Counted from the first letter of the stretch, positions 49,233 through 58,207 are shown. The stretch is 64,000 bases of DNA from Longimicrobiales bacterium (GCA_965204735.1 OZ242008.1:1696001-1760000); one strand, 5' to 3'. Made by a program: numbers and translations. Notes: generated by a model from the sequence alone, not told the origin.

Positions 49233-51088
49233 GACGCGGCTCCGTCGGCTTCGCACTCCGCACCCACCTCGAACTGCCGTTCCGCCCGCGCGGCGTCCAT
49301 CGCCCGCACGCTCGACCAGAACCGCGCCACCCTGTCCCGCAGCACCCTGGCCTCGCCCGCCCCGGCGTAGACCACGTCGATCCGGCGGCGGTCCACCCGC
49401 TCCTGGAGCTCGGCTTCGCGCCCGTTGTGGACGCGCTCGTCGAACCACTTGACGCCTTCGCGGCTTCGGCAGTCCCTCGGAGGGCAAGCTGCCACGAGCA
49501 CGCCTCCGGCACCGGCCCGGACCAGGTACTCGATCACGGAGGTGTGAAGGCTGCCCACGCATCCCACGGGGAAGATCCGCGCCGCGGGGACGGCCGCGGA
49601 CGCAGCCGATCCGGCGGGTCCGTCGACGTCGGCGAGTCCCAGCGGGCGGAGCGACTCCAGCGAGCCGACCGACCCTGCCGCTCCGTGCATGCATCCCACG
49701 ATCACCACGTCGCTGGGACCGGGCCGCGCCTCGGCCAGGAACTCCCGCGTTCGGGCCAGCTGGTCCCGCCCCGTCCGTCCGTCGGGCCCCACGCCCATGG
49801 GCGCGCACGACCCTGCGCAGACGCCGCAGCTCACGCACTTGGCCGTATCCACCCAGCCGACCAAGCCGTCGCGTCCGTCGTCCCGTTCCACCATGGAGAT
49901 GGCTTCGTAGGGACAGTCCTGGAAGCACTGCTCGCAACCGGTGCAGTGGCGCGGGTTCACCCACGAAGGCGAGGGCGCCTTCTCCGCCCGCGGCTTGGTC
50001 AGGAACGGAACCAGAAGGGCCGCTGCGACGATCGATCCGCCCGCGACCCAGACCCAGCCGGCCGCCATGGTCCGGGTCGCAGGCAACCAGAACCCGTAGA
50101 CCCAGTCGGCAGGCACGACCGAGGGAAGCTTCAGCAAGTCCGCCTTCGGGCCCAGCGGAGGCGGCCACGCCACGGCTGCAATGGCCAGGCAGCCGACCGC
50201 GCCCCACAATAGCCGCTTGGGCGGAAGCAGCTGCGCTCGCGCCAGCCGCGACACGTGCACCCAGAGAAAGAGGGCGATCCCCACGGGCGCCGCGATGTGG
50301 GCGAACAAGTTCATGAAGAAGAACGCGTCCGGCAGGGGCGCCTCGCCGGTGAACGCCCGGCCCAGGGGCTCGGAGAAGACGGGCAGCGCGTCCAGGATGC
50401 GGGCGCCCTCGGCGGCGAGAACTTGGCCGTGGACGTCCCACGCCATGACGTAGCCGGTCCAGCCGCAGACGAAGAGGATGCCCAGGAGCACGCCCCCCGA
50501 CACCCATGCCAGCGCCCGCGGACCCCAGGTGCGGCGCTGGGCGAACATCCGAAAGCCGTGGAGGACCGCCGCCACGACCGCCAGGGCGGACGCGTAGCGA
50601 TGCATCCCCCGAATCCACCGCCCGCCCCACCACTGCGCGTCGATCGCCGCCACCGACTCGTGGGGCGCGCCGATCCGGTAGAAGAGGAGCAGATACGCCC
50701 CCGTCGCCAGGAGGACGCCGAAGCAAGCCACCACCAGCGCGCCCGAGTGGTAGAGCGGGTTGAAGCGCCAGGTGTACAGCGCGTTGAACGCGGCGTCGAG
50801 ACGGGCGAGCGCTCGGAGGCCGGGGTTCGCGGCAGCCGGGGAGCTGCCCGAAGCCTGAGGGCCGCCCGCCGGTGGGTGGTTGCTCGCCGCCCGGGAGCCG
50901 CCCTCCGGTGGGTGGTCGCCCGCCGCCCGGGAGCCGCCCGGCGGTGGGTGGTCGCCCGCCGCCTGAGAGCGGTCCCCCGCCTGAACGCCGCCGGCCGCCT
51001 GATAATCGCTCGCCGCCAAGCGGGACGCGGCCTCCCGCCCGGATCGCCCGCCACGCTTCCCACCTTGCCCCTCCCCAGCAATATTCAT
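49229..51088 (-). CDS. Fusion: cytochrome b(b6)-like domain + 2x[4Fe-4S] ferredoxin + MvhD/FlpD-like Fe-S domain
   Basis: Two His pairs spaced 14 apart (MHRY..VLHG; AHIA..VHVS), TGYVMAWD, PADWVY; CTGCEQCFQDCP and CVSCGVCAGSC; VGC / GCVGS / ACPPRDC. Confidence 0.85.
   Translation of the reverse strand: MNIAGEGQGGKRGGRSGREAASRLAASDYQAAGGVQAGDRSQAAGDHPPPGGSRAAGDHPPEGGSRAASNHPPAGGPQASGSSPAAANPGLRALARLDAAFNALYTWRFNPLYHSGALVVACFGVLLATGAYLLLFYRIGAPHESVAAIDAQWWGGRWIRGMHRYASALAVVAAVLHGFRMFAQRRTWGPRALAWVSGGVLLGILFVCGWTGYVMAWDVHGQVLAAEGARILDALPVFSEPLGRAFTGEAPLPDAFFFMNLFAHIAAPVGIALFLWVHVSRLARAQLLPPKRLLWGAVGCLAIAAVAWPPPLGPKADLLKLPSVVPADWVYGFWLPATRTMAAGWVWVAGGSIVAAALLVPFLTKPRAEKAPSPSWVNPRHCTGCEQCFQDCPYEAISMVERDDGRDGLVGWVDTAKCVSCGVCAGSCAPMGVGPDGRTGRDQLARTREFLAEARPGPSDVVIVGCMHGAAGSVGSLESLRPLGLADVDGPAGSAASAAVPAARIFPVGCVGSLHTSVIEYLVRAGAGGVLVAACPPRDCRSREGVKWFDERVHNGREAELQERVDRRRIDVVYAGAGEARVLRDRVARFWSSVRAMDAARAERQFEVGAECEADGAAS
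50861..50965 (-). repeat. 36-bp tandem repeat (~3 copies) in the N-terminal extension of the cytochrome b fusion
   Basis: AAGDHPPPGGSR / AAGDHPPEGGSR / AASNHPPAGG. Confidence 0.8.
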
Positions 51089-51100
51089 ATCATCATGATA
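51088..51100. promoter_or_regulatory. AT-rich inverted repeat between divergent operons; candidate Rrf2 operator
   Basis: TATCAT-C-ATGATA. Confidence 0.5.
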
Positions 51101-51126
51101 ATAGGACGAATGCCGCAGGCAACCCC

Positions 51127-51567
51127 GTGATCCTCTCCCAGACCGCCGTGTACGCCCTTCGAGCGATGCTTCACTTGGCCGAGCGCCCCGACGACCAGCC
51201 GGTGCCGGTGGGCGACGTCGCGGCCGCGCTGGACGTTCCGCGCAACTACCTGTCCAAGATCCTCCACGTCCTTGCCCGGCGCGGCCTGCTCCGGTCCGTC
51301 CGTGGACCCGGCGGCGGATTCAGCCTCGCCCGTCCGCCCAGCCGAACGACGCTGCTGGAGGTGGCCGCCCACTTCGACGACATGGACCGCGAGCGCTGCC
51401 TGCTGGGCCGCCCCGAGTGCCGGGACGACGATCCGTGCCCGGCCCACGGCCAATGGAAGGAAGTCGCCGCCGCCCTGCACGCCTTCTTCCGCAACACCAC
51501 CATCGCCGACCTCGCCCGCGGCGCGACGAAGACTCGCCCGCGCCACCAACAGGAGGCCGACTCGTGA
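51127..51567 (+). CDS. Rrf2 family Fe-S transcriptional regulator
   Basis: YALRAMLHLA, YLSKIL, SVRGPGGGFSLAR, C-x6-C-x5-C-x2-H. Confidence 0.92.
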   Translation: MILSQTAVYALRAMLHLAERPDDQPVPVGDVAAALDVPRNYLSKILHVLARRGLLRSVRGPGGGFSLARPPSRTTLLEVAAHFDDMDRERCLLGRPECRDDDPCPAHGQWKEVAAALHAFFRNTTIADLARGATKTRPRHQQEADS

Positions 51568-51743
51568 CCGACCACGACGACACTGGCGCAAAGGCGCCGG
51601 ACCCCGCCGACGTTCCCTTCCTCCAGCGGCTCTACGACCGGCCCTTCCTGCTGCTGGCGCTGGGCTTGGCCGTCATGCTGATCCTCTTCACCGGCTGGGG
51701 GCTGTGGGAGGTGCTGACGCTCCCCGAAGCCACCCTGCCGTAA
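51564..51743 (+). CDS. Small single-TM subunit (subunit IIa-like) of the heme-copper enzyme
   Basis: AGGAGG RBS, GTGA coupling; QRLYDRPFLLLALG..TGWGLWE. Confidence 0.7.
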   Translation: MTDHDDTGAKAPDPADVPFLQRLYDRPFLLLALGLAVMLILFTGWGLWEVLTLPEATLP

Positions 51744-51756
51744 GGAGCTGGCGCAG

Positions 51757-52347
51757 ATGTACCAAACGGGAATGACCCCGCCGCAAGGCGTCTGGTGGAA
51801 GCCGGCGCACAAGTCCGAGAAGGTCTGGGCCACGGTGGCCTTCGTCTGGTGCATGGTGCTCTTCGCCATGATGCCGGTCTGGCACCTTCGCGGAGGCCAG
51901 AACCCCTCCGGAATCCGCGCCAAGGTGGATCCGACCGCCTTCCAGGCCAGGGTCCAGGAGTTCATCCGCGACTACCAGGTGGGCACCGACAACGGCTTTC
52001 CGGTCGTGGCGCCGCCGCCGGGCAGCGACGTGTACATGATCGGCCAGATGTGGGCGTGGCTGCCGGTGCTTCAGCTCGAGAAGGACGTCGAGTACACTCT
52101 GCACCTCTCGTCGCTGGACGTGAACCACGGCTTCAACCTGTATCCGTTCAACGTCAACTTTCAGGTGGTTCCAGGATACGACTACGGACTGCGCATCGTG
52201 CCGACCGAGGCCGGCGAGTACGGCGTGGTCTGCAACGAGTTCTGCGGCGTCGGCCATCACTTGATGGTGGGGAAGGTGATCGTCACCGACTCGGAGACGA
52301 ACGTCGCCTCCCGACCGGCCGCCGGGGCGGAAGGCGGCGCCAGATGA
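51757..52347 (+). CDS. Heme-copper oxidoreductase subunit II (single TM, CuA)
   Basis: DVNHGF and the CuA motif CNEFCGVGHHLM. Confidence 0.93.
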   Translation: MYQTGMTPPQGVWWKPAHKSEKVWATVAFVWCMVLFAMMPVWHLRGGQNPSGIRAKVDPTAFQARVQEFIRDYQVGTDNGFPVVAPPPGSDVYMIGQMWAWLPVLQLEKDVEYTLHLSSLDVNHGFNLYPFNVNFQVVPGYDYGLRIVPTEAGEYGVVCNEFCGVGHHLMVGKVIVTDSETNVASRPAAGAEGGAR

Positions 52348-54062
52348 ACCCGTTTCGCAAGTGTCCGACCACCGGGCTGAGCGTGCACAAGGACGCCGAC
52401 GCCCTGATCAAGGCCAACGCGGTGGCAGCCACGGTGGCGCTGCTGATCGGCGGCGTCACGGCGGTGCTCGTGCTGCTGACCCGGTGGCAGGCCGTTCATC
52501 TCCTGAGCGACGTGTGGTTCTACCGCATCCTCACCGTCCACGGGATGAACATGCTGATCTTCTTCATCCTGTTCTTCGAGATGGCGGTCCTCTACTTCGC
52601 GTCCGCCGTGCTGCTCAACTCCCGCGTGGCCGCGCCGAAGACGGGGTGGGTCGCGTTCGCTCTCATGCTGGCGGGCGCCGCAATGGTGGAGTGGGCCATG
52701 TTCACGGGCAGGGCGGACGTCCTGTTCACCTCCTACGTGCCCCTGAAGGCGCATTGGAGCTTCTACCTGGGCGTGATCCTCTTCGCCGTGGGCGCAATCT
52801 TCGTGACCACGATCTTCTTCGCGACCCTGGTGGTCGCCAAGCGGGAGAAGACGTATTCGGGGTCGGTGCCCCTGGTGACCTTCGGGGCGATGACGGCGGC
52901 GATCATCGCGGCGATCACGCTCCTCCACGGCGCGGCGATCTACATCCCCACCTTCCTCTGGTCGCTGGGCCTCATGGAGGTGGACCCGCAGGTGTACCGA
53001 CTGGTCTGGTGGGGGCTGGGCCACTCGTCGCAACAGATCAACGTCGCCGCCATGGTGGCGATCTGGTACCTGCTGGGCGGGCTCACCGTCGGCGCCGTGG
53101 TGGTGAACGAGAAGATCAGCCGCACGGCCTTCGTCCTGTACATCCTGTTCATTTCCATGGCGTCGGCGCACCACCTGCTGGTGGACCCGGGGTTCGGCCC
53201 GTCGTGGAAGATCGTGAACACGTCGTACTTCATGTACATGGCGGTGCTGGCGTCGATGCTCCACGGCTTCACCGTGCCGGCGGGCGTCGAGCTGGGGATG
53301 CGCCTTCGGGGCTTCACGCAAGGGTTGTTCGGCTGGCTTCGGCGCGCGCCCTGGCACGACCCGGGCTTCTCGGCGCTGTGCCTCTCCGTCGTGGTGTTCG
53401 GATTCGTGGGCGGAATCACGGGCGTGACCTTCGGCACCGAGCAGATCAACATCATCGCGCACAACACCTTGCGAATTCCCGGCCACTTCCACGCGACCGT
53501 CGTCAGCGGCACCGCGATGGCCTTCATGGGCGTCACCTACTACGTGATTCCGCTGATCTTCCGGAAGAAGATCGCCTTCTACGGCTTGGCGAAGTGGCAG
53601 CCGTGGGTGTTCAGCGCCGGAATGCTCGTGTTCTCTATGGCGATGACCTTCGCCGGAACCTTCGGCGTTCCGCGCAGGCACTGGGACGTCACCTTCTCCG
53701 GCGCGCCCTTCGGCGTCGAGTACTCCGCCGCCGTGGACTTGCTGTTCGCGGTCATGGCTGCCGGAGGGCTGGTCGCGGCAGTGGGCGGCGCCATGTACAT
53801 CGTGGTCACCGTGTCGTCGGTGTTCTTCGGCAAGCCGCTGGGCGACGAAACGACGGAGTCGGCCCTTGCGGGCGCCGTGCCGCCCGGTCTCTACACGCGC
53901 CCGTTCACGGAGCTTCCCGCCCGGACGCCGAAGCTGAAGGAACACGGCAAGCTGGGGACGATGCCGGGCACGATGATCCTCGTCGGCGTGTTCCTGCTCG
54001 CCTTCGTCGTCTACTACTTCGCCAACTGGAAGCTCCTGTCGGCGATGTGGCAGATCGGGTGA
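52344..54062 (+). CDS. Heme-copper superfamily subunit I, B-family-derived; probable eNOR-type nitric oxide reductase
   Basis: All six His ligands present (TVHG, GH, SAHH, GHFH). Helix VI reads GHSSQQIN rather than GHPxVY. Confidence 0.8.
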   Translation: MNPFRKCPTTGLSVHKDADALIKANAVAATVALLIGGVTAVLVLLTRWQAVHLLSDVWFYRILTVHGMNMLIFFILFFEMAVLYFASAVLLNSRVAAPKTGWVAFALMLAGAAMVEWAMFTGRADVLFTSYVPLKAHWSFYLGVILFAVGAIFVTTIFFATLVVAKREKTYSGSVPLVTFGAMTAAIIAAITLLHGAAIYIPTFLWSLGLMEVDPQVYRLVWWGLGHSSQQINVAAMVAIWYLLGGLTVGAVVVNEKISRTAFVLYILFISMASAHHLLVDPGFGPSWKIVNTSYFMYMAVLASMLHGFTVPAGVELGMRLRGFTQGLFGWLRRAPWHDPGFSALCLSVVVFGFVGGITGVTFGTEQINIIAHNTLRIPGHFHATVVSGTAMAFMGVTYYVIPLIFRKKIAFYGLAKWQPWVFSAGMLVFSMAMTFAGTFGVPRRHWDVTFSGAPFGVEYSAAVDLLFAVMAAGGLVAAVGGAMYIVVTVSSVFFGKPLGDETTESALAGAVPPGLYTRPFTELPARTPKLKEHGKLGTMPGTMILVGVFLLAFVVYYFANWKLLSAMWQIG

Positions 54063-55045
54063 CGGCGGAACTCGGGCCTCGCGGGGCGCCGAAGATCCTC
54101 CGACCCCAGGACAGATGGCCCGTCGGGGCGGCCGCGTTCATCCTGGCCGTTTCCGCCGCGTGGTGGGGATTCGCGCTCTTCGCGGTTCCCGGCGCCCCCG
54201 AGTGGCTCGACCGCGCCCGCGCCGTCTGCTTCAACGTCGACGAGAGCGGCCTGCCCGACGCGAAGGGCTGGCTGCTGCTGATCGGACAGCCGCCGGCGAT
54301 GCTGCTGGCGCTGTACGCTGGGTGGAGCGGCCAAGTGCGCGACACTTGCCGCCACCTTGTCCGCTCTCCCGCCCGACGACGCCTGATCGTGGGCGCAGGT
54401 CTGGCGGTTGCGGCCTTTCTGGCGACCGCCGCGGCCCAGGTGGCCAGCCTTCGCCTCCCGCCCCCGGCGCTGGCGGCCGGCTTCGGAGCGACCGGCGACG
54501 AACTCCTGCCCGAGACCTACCCCCGCCTCGACCGCCCGTGGCCCGGGACCGAAGGGCTGGTGGACCAGCGCGGCGCCGCCTTCTCGCTGGAGAGCCTCGA
54601 AGGCCGACCGGCGTTCGTCACCTTCGCGTTCGGCCACTGCGCCACGATCTGCCCCATCGTGGTGCGCAACTCGCTGGAAGCGCGGCGGTCCGTGGCGTCC
54701 CAGCGGGATGCCGATGTCGAGACGGCGGTCGTGGTGTTCACGCTGGACCCTTGGCGCGACACGCCCAGCCGCTTGCCGGTCCTTGCGGAGCGCTATGGGC
54801 TCGACCCCGCGCGGGACTTCTTGGTCGGCGGCGCCCCGGAAGCCGTGACGCCCGTGTTGGACGCTTTCGCCATGGCCCACCAGCGCGACCCCCGAACCGG
54901 CGACGTCGTTCACCCGCCGCTGGTCTACGTGGCGGAGAGCGACGGGACGTTGGCCTACGCATCCACGGGCGCGACGGTCCATCTTGTGCAGCTGGCGGGC
55001 AGGACCGCCGGCCGAACGAACGACGCGACCCCGATAGGCCGCTGA
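54059..55045 (+). CDS. SCO/SenC copper chaperone with N-terminal 3-TM domain
   Basis: FGHCATICP (CxxxC), LDPWRDTP, VVHPP. Confidence 0.88.
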   Translation: MTAELGPRGAPKILRPQDRWPVGAAAFILAVSAAWWGFALFAVPGAPEWLDRARAVCFNVDESGLPDAKGWLLLIGQPPAMLLALYAGWSGQVRDTCRHLVRSPARRRLIVGAGLAVAAFLATAAAQVASLRLPPPALAAGFGATGDELLPETYPRLDRPWPGTEGLVDQRGAAFSLESLEGRPAFVTFAFGHCATICPIVVRNSLEARRSVASQRDADVETAVVVFTLDPWRDTPSRLPVLAERYGLDPARDFLVGGAPEAVTPVLDAFAMAHQRDPRTGDVVHPPLVYVAESDGTLAYASTGATVHLVQLAGRTAGRTNDATPIGR

Positions 55046-55072
55046 CGTGCACATGCAGGGAACGTCAAGACG

Positions 55073-55924
55073 ATGAGGGTCGTCACGTGGAACGTCGACC
55101 GGGCCACTTACTGCAAGAACACCCAGCTCTCGGCGGCAAAGTGGAAGGCGTTCCTGCGGATGTCGGCCGACATCGCCATGCTCCAGGAAGTCTACAACAT
55201 CCCGCAGTGCGTTCGCGACCGCTACCACGTCAAGTACGTGAAAGTACGCTACTTCACAGGAGGCTGCGCCAAGTTCGGGACCGCTGTGCTCGCCAGGAAG
55301 CCCGATTGGAAGATCGGGGCAGAAGCGACGTGGAGCTCGGAGCACGACTGGGTCAACCGGATCCAGCAAACGTTCCCCGGCTGGCTGGTCGGGCGTCAAG
55401 TCGAGAGCGCTTCGGGCGACCGCTGCACGGCCGTGTCAGTACATGCGCTGGCTGTTCCGGTTGAGCGCCGGGAAGGAACTCACGCGCTCTGCGAGATACT
55501 GGACGGCGTCGACGTCGCTCCTGTCAAGCTGCAAAACAACCCGACGCTGTGGTTCACGGAAATACTGTGGTCGCTGCTCAAGGGAGCCAAGATAGACAAA
55601 GCCGCGAGCTGGATCGTTGCCGGCGACTTCAACAGTTCCATACTGTTCGACAAGCCCAAGAACCGAGGCAACGGCGAGATCGTCGAAAGGCTCAACGCCT
55701 TGGGGCTCTTCGACTGCGTCGTCGAGCGCCATGGAGAGCGCAAGCCCACATATCGCGCCAAGACCCATCCGCACCTGGTGCCGGTCCATCAACTGGACTA
55801 CGTGTACGCGAACGCACCGTTGCTCGACCGCCTGACCGACGTCGCGGTGGGAGGAGACCTGCCGGCAGGGGAGAAGGGGCTCAGCGATCACCTTCCCGTC
55901 GTGTGCGACTTCGGAGACGCCTGA
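55073..55924 (+). CDS. Endonuclease/exonuclease/phosphatase family protein
   Basis: VVTWNV, LQEV, AGDFNS, LDYVY, SDHLPV. Confidence 0.9.
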   Translation: MRVVTWNVDRATYCKNTQLSAAKWKAFLRMSADIAMLQEVYNIPQCVRDRYHVKYVKVRYFTGGCAKFGTAVLARKPDWKIGAEATWSSEHDWVNRIQQTFPGWLVGRQVESASGDRCTAVSVHALAVPVERREGTHALCEILDGVDVAPVKLQNNPTLWFTEILWSLLKGAKIDKAASWIVAGDFNSSILFDKPKNRGNGEIVERLNALGLFDCVVERHGERKPTYRAKTHPHLVPVHQLDYVYANAPLLDRLTDVAVGGDLPAGEKGLSDHLPVVCDFGDA

Positions 55925-56147
55925 CAAGTCGGGCTCCCCCACCAGATCGGCCAGCAGCATGTCCGGTTGGGACTGAAGCGCTCGCGCCCGGCCAATTCCG
56001 CTTCCCGTCCCCCGCTCCCGGGGCTACCTTTTGCGGGGCGGAGAACCCGCCGCGACGCGGCCCGGACCGCCCGGACCCGGCCGCCCCCCTGGCCGTTCCA
56101 AGGGCGGTCCGGCACTCATTTCGGAAGAGAGGAAGCGAGGGAAGCCG

Positions 56148-56651
56148 ATGAACATGAAGAAGATGGCGGCCGCCGGCCTGCTGGCGACGGGGGTCGCGGT
56201 GGTGCTGGTCGCCGGAAGCAGGTCCACGGACGAGGGGGCGGCGAGCTACTCGGCCCAGCCAGCGGCCGCCGGCGACGGTCCTGCGGTCCACGTCTACAAG
56301 ACGGCGACGTGCGGGTGCTGCGCGAAGTGGGTCGACCACCTGCGGGAGGCCGGCTTCGCCGTGACGGTCGAGGACACGAGGGAGTTGATGGCCGTCAAGC
56401 GGCGCGAGGGAGTCCCGACGGACCTCAGCTCGTGCCACACGGCGCTGGTGAACGGCTACGTCGTGGAGGGACACGTGCCCGCGTCGGTGGTCCACGCCTT
56501 CCTGGAGGAGGCCCCTGAAGCGCGGGGCCTCGCAGTCCCTGGAATGCCGATCGGATCGCCGGGGATGGAGGGCCGGCACGCGGAAGCCTACGACGTGTTC
56601 GCCTTCGACGCGGACGGCGAGCGGACCGTCTTCCGCCACGTCGAGCCGTAG
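56148..56651 (+). CDS. DUF411 (CopG-like) exported metal-binding protein
   Basis: TCGCCAKW, SCHTA, EGHVP, VPGMPIGSPGME. Confidence 0.9.
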   Translation: MNMKKMAAAGLLATGVAVVLVAGSRSTDEGAASYSAQPAAAGDGPAVHVYKTATCGCCAKWVDHLREAGFAVTVEDTRELMAVKRREGVPTDLSSCHTALVNGYVVEGHVPASVVHAFLEEAPEARGLAVPGMPIGSPGMEGRHAEAYDVFAFDADGERTVFRHVEP

Positions 56652-56898
56652 CCAGGCCGTTCGCCACATTGGGCCCGCTGGGCATCGCAATCCAGCGCCG
56701 CTTTCGGGCGTCGCCCGGTTCGCCCGAAGCGTCCGACAGCCCTAGAATGAGAGTTCGTCGCCGGACCATGGCGCAGGGCAGCCCTCGCGGTCGAGCCCGG
56801 GCCACCCGTCCCCCTCGCGATCTTCCACCTTCCGCCAAGAGCGGCGGCAGCCCGAGCCCCCTGGGCGCCATGCCCAGGCGGCCCCTCCCTGGAGCGCC

Positions 56899-58203
56899 AT
56901 GTCCGAGATCGACCACCCGAAGAGCACCCTGACCGTCACCGACAACCGAACGGGACGGCAGTACGAGCTGGACATCCTGGAAGGCGACGTAGTCCGGGCC
57001 ATGGACCTGCGGCAGATCAGGGTCCGGGACGGCGACTTCGGGATGATGGCGTACGACCCCGGCTTCACCAACACGGCGTTCACCACCAGCCGCATCACCG
57101 ACGTCAAGGGGAGCCGAGGCGTCCTGGAGTACCGGGGCTACCCCATCGAGCAGCTGGCCGACCGGGCTTCGTTCCTGGAGGTCGCGTACCTGATCCTGAA
57201 GGGGGAGCTGCCCACGCCGGCGCAGCTGGACGGCTTCGTGCACGACGTGACGTTCCACACCTACGTCCACGAGAACGTCCTCACGATCCTGAAGGGGTTC
57301 CGCTACGACGCCCACTCCATGGGCATGATGATCTCGACCGTCGCGGCCCTCTCCACCTTCTACCCCGAAGCCAAGGAGGTGGACGACCCGGAGAACCGCT
57401 GGATACAGATCAACCGGCTGATCGCCAAGATGCCGACCCTGGCGGCCTTCGCCTACCGCCACCACCGGGGCCTGCCCTACGTCTACCCGGAGAACGAGCT
57501 CTCCTACGCGGCCAACTTCCTCAACATGCTCTTCCGAATCGGCGGACGGGAGCACCAGCCGAACCCGACGCTGGAGCGCGCGCTGGACGTCCTCTTCATC
57601 CTCCACGCCGACCACGAGCAGAACTGCTCCACGACGGCGATGCGGGTGATCGGAAGCTCGCGGGTCGATCCCTACTCCGCGCTGGCCGGCGCCATGGCCG
57701 CCCTCTACGGCCCGCTCCACGGAGGGGCCAACGAGGCGGTGCTGCGGATGCTCGCGGAGATCGGGACCACCGACAACATCCCCGACTTCATGGAGAGCGT
57801 GCGGCGGGGAGAGCGCCGGCTGATGGGGTTCGGCCACCGGGTCTACAAGGCCTACGACCCGCGGGCGGCGATCATCAAGCGCACTGCGGACGACGTGTTC
57901 GCGGTCACCGGGCGCAACCCGCTGCTCGACATCGCGCTGGAGCTGGAAAAGATCGCCCTCGGCGAAGAGTACTTCGTCAAGCGGAACCTCTACCCGAACG
58001 TGGACTTCTACTCGGGGCTGATCTACCAGGCGATGGGCTTTCCGGTGGAGCTCTTCCCGGTCCTCTTCGCGATCCCGCGAACGGTGGGATGGCTCGCCCA
58101 GTGGCAAGAGATGATCGTGGACCGGGAACAGAAGATCGCCCGCCCGCGACAGGTCTTCCTGGGGCCGAAGCGCCGAGAGTTCGTCCCCCTGGAGGAACGG
58201 TAG
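56899..58203 (+). CDS. gltA: Citrate synthase
   Basis: YDPGF, LHADHEQNCST, GPLHGGAN, MGFGHRVYK, PNVDFYSG. Confidence 0.97.
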   Translation: MSEIDHPKSTLTVTDNRTGRQYELDILEGDVVRAMDLRQIRVRDGDFGMMAYDPGFTNTAFTTSRITDVKGSRGVLEYRGYPIEQLADRASFLEVAYLILKGELPTPAQLDGFVHDVTFHTYVHENVLTILKGFRYDAHSMGMMISTVAALSTFYPEAKEVDDPENRWIQINRLIAKMPTLAAFAYRHHRGLPYVYPENELSYAANFLNMLFRIGGREHQPNPTLERALDVLFILHADHEQNCSTTAMRVIGSSRVDPYSALAGAMAALYGPLHGGANEAVLRMLAEIGTTDNIPDFMESVRRGERRLMGFGHRVYKAYDPRAAIIKRTADDVFAVTGRNPLLDIALELEKIALGEEYFVKRNLYPNVDFYSGLIYQAMGFPVELFPVLFAIPRTVGWLAQWQEMIVDREQKIARPRQVFLGPKRREFVPLEER

Positions 58204-58207
58204 CCGG

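Noticed and set aside
52344..54062. Ordinary ba3/cbb3 cytochrome c oxidase
   Set aside because: The helix VI Tyr is replaced by Gln, and the partner is a CuA subunit rather than the c-type subunits of cbb3.
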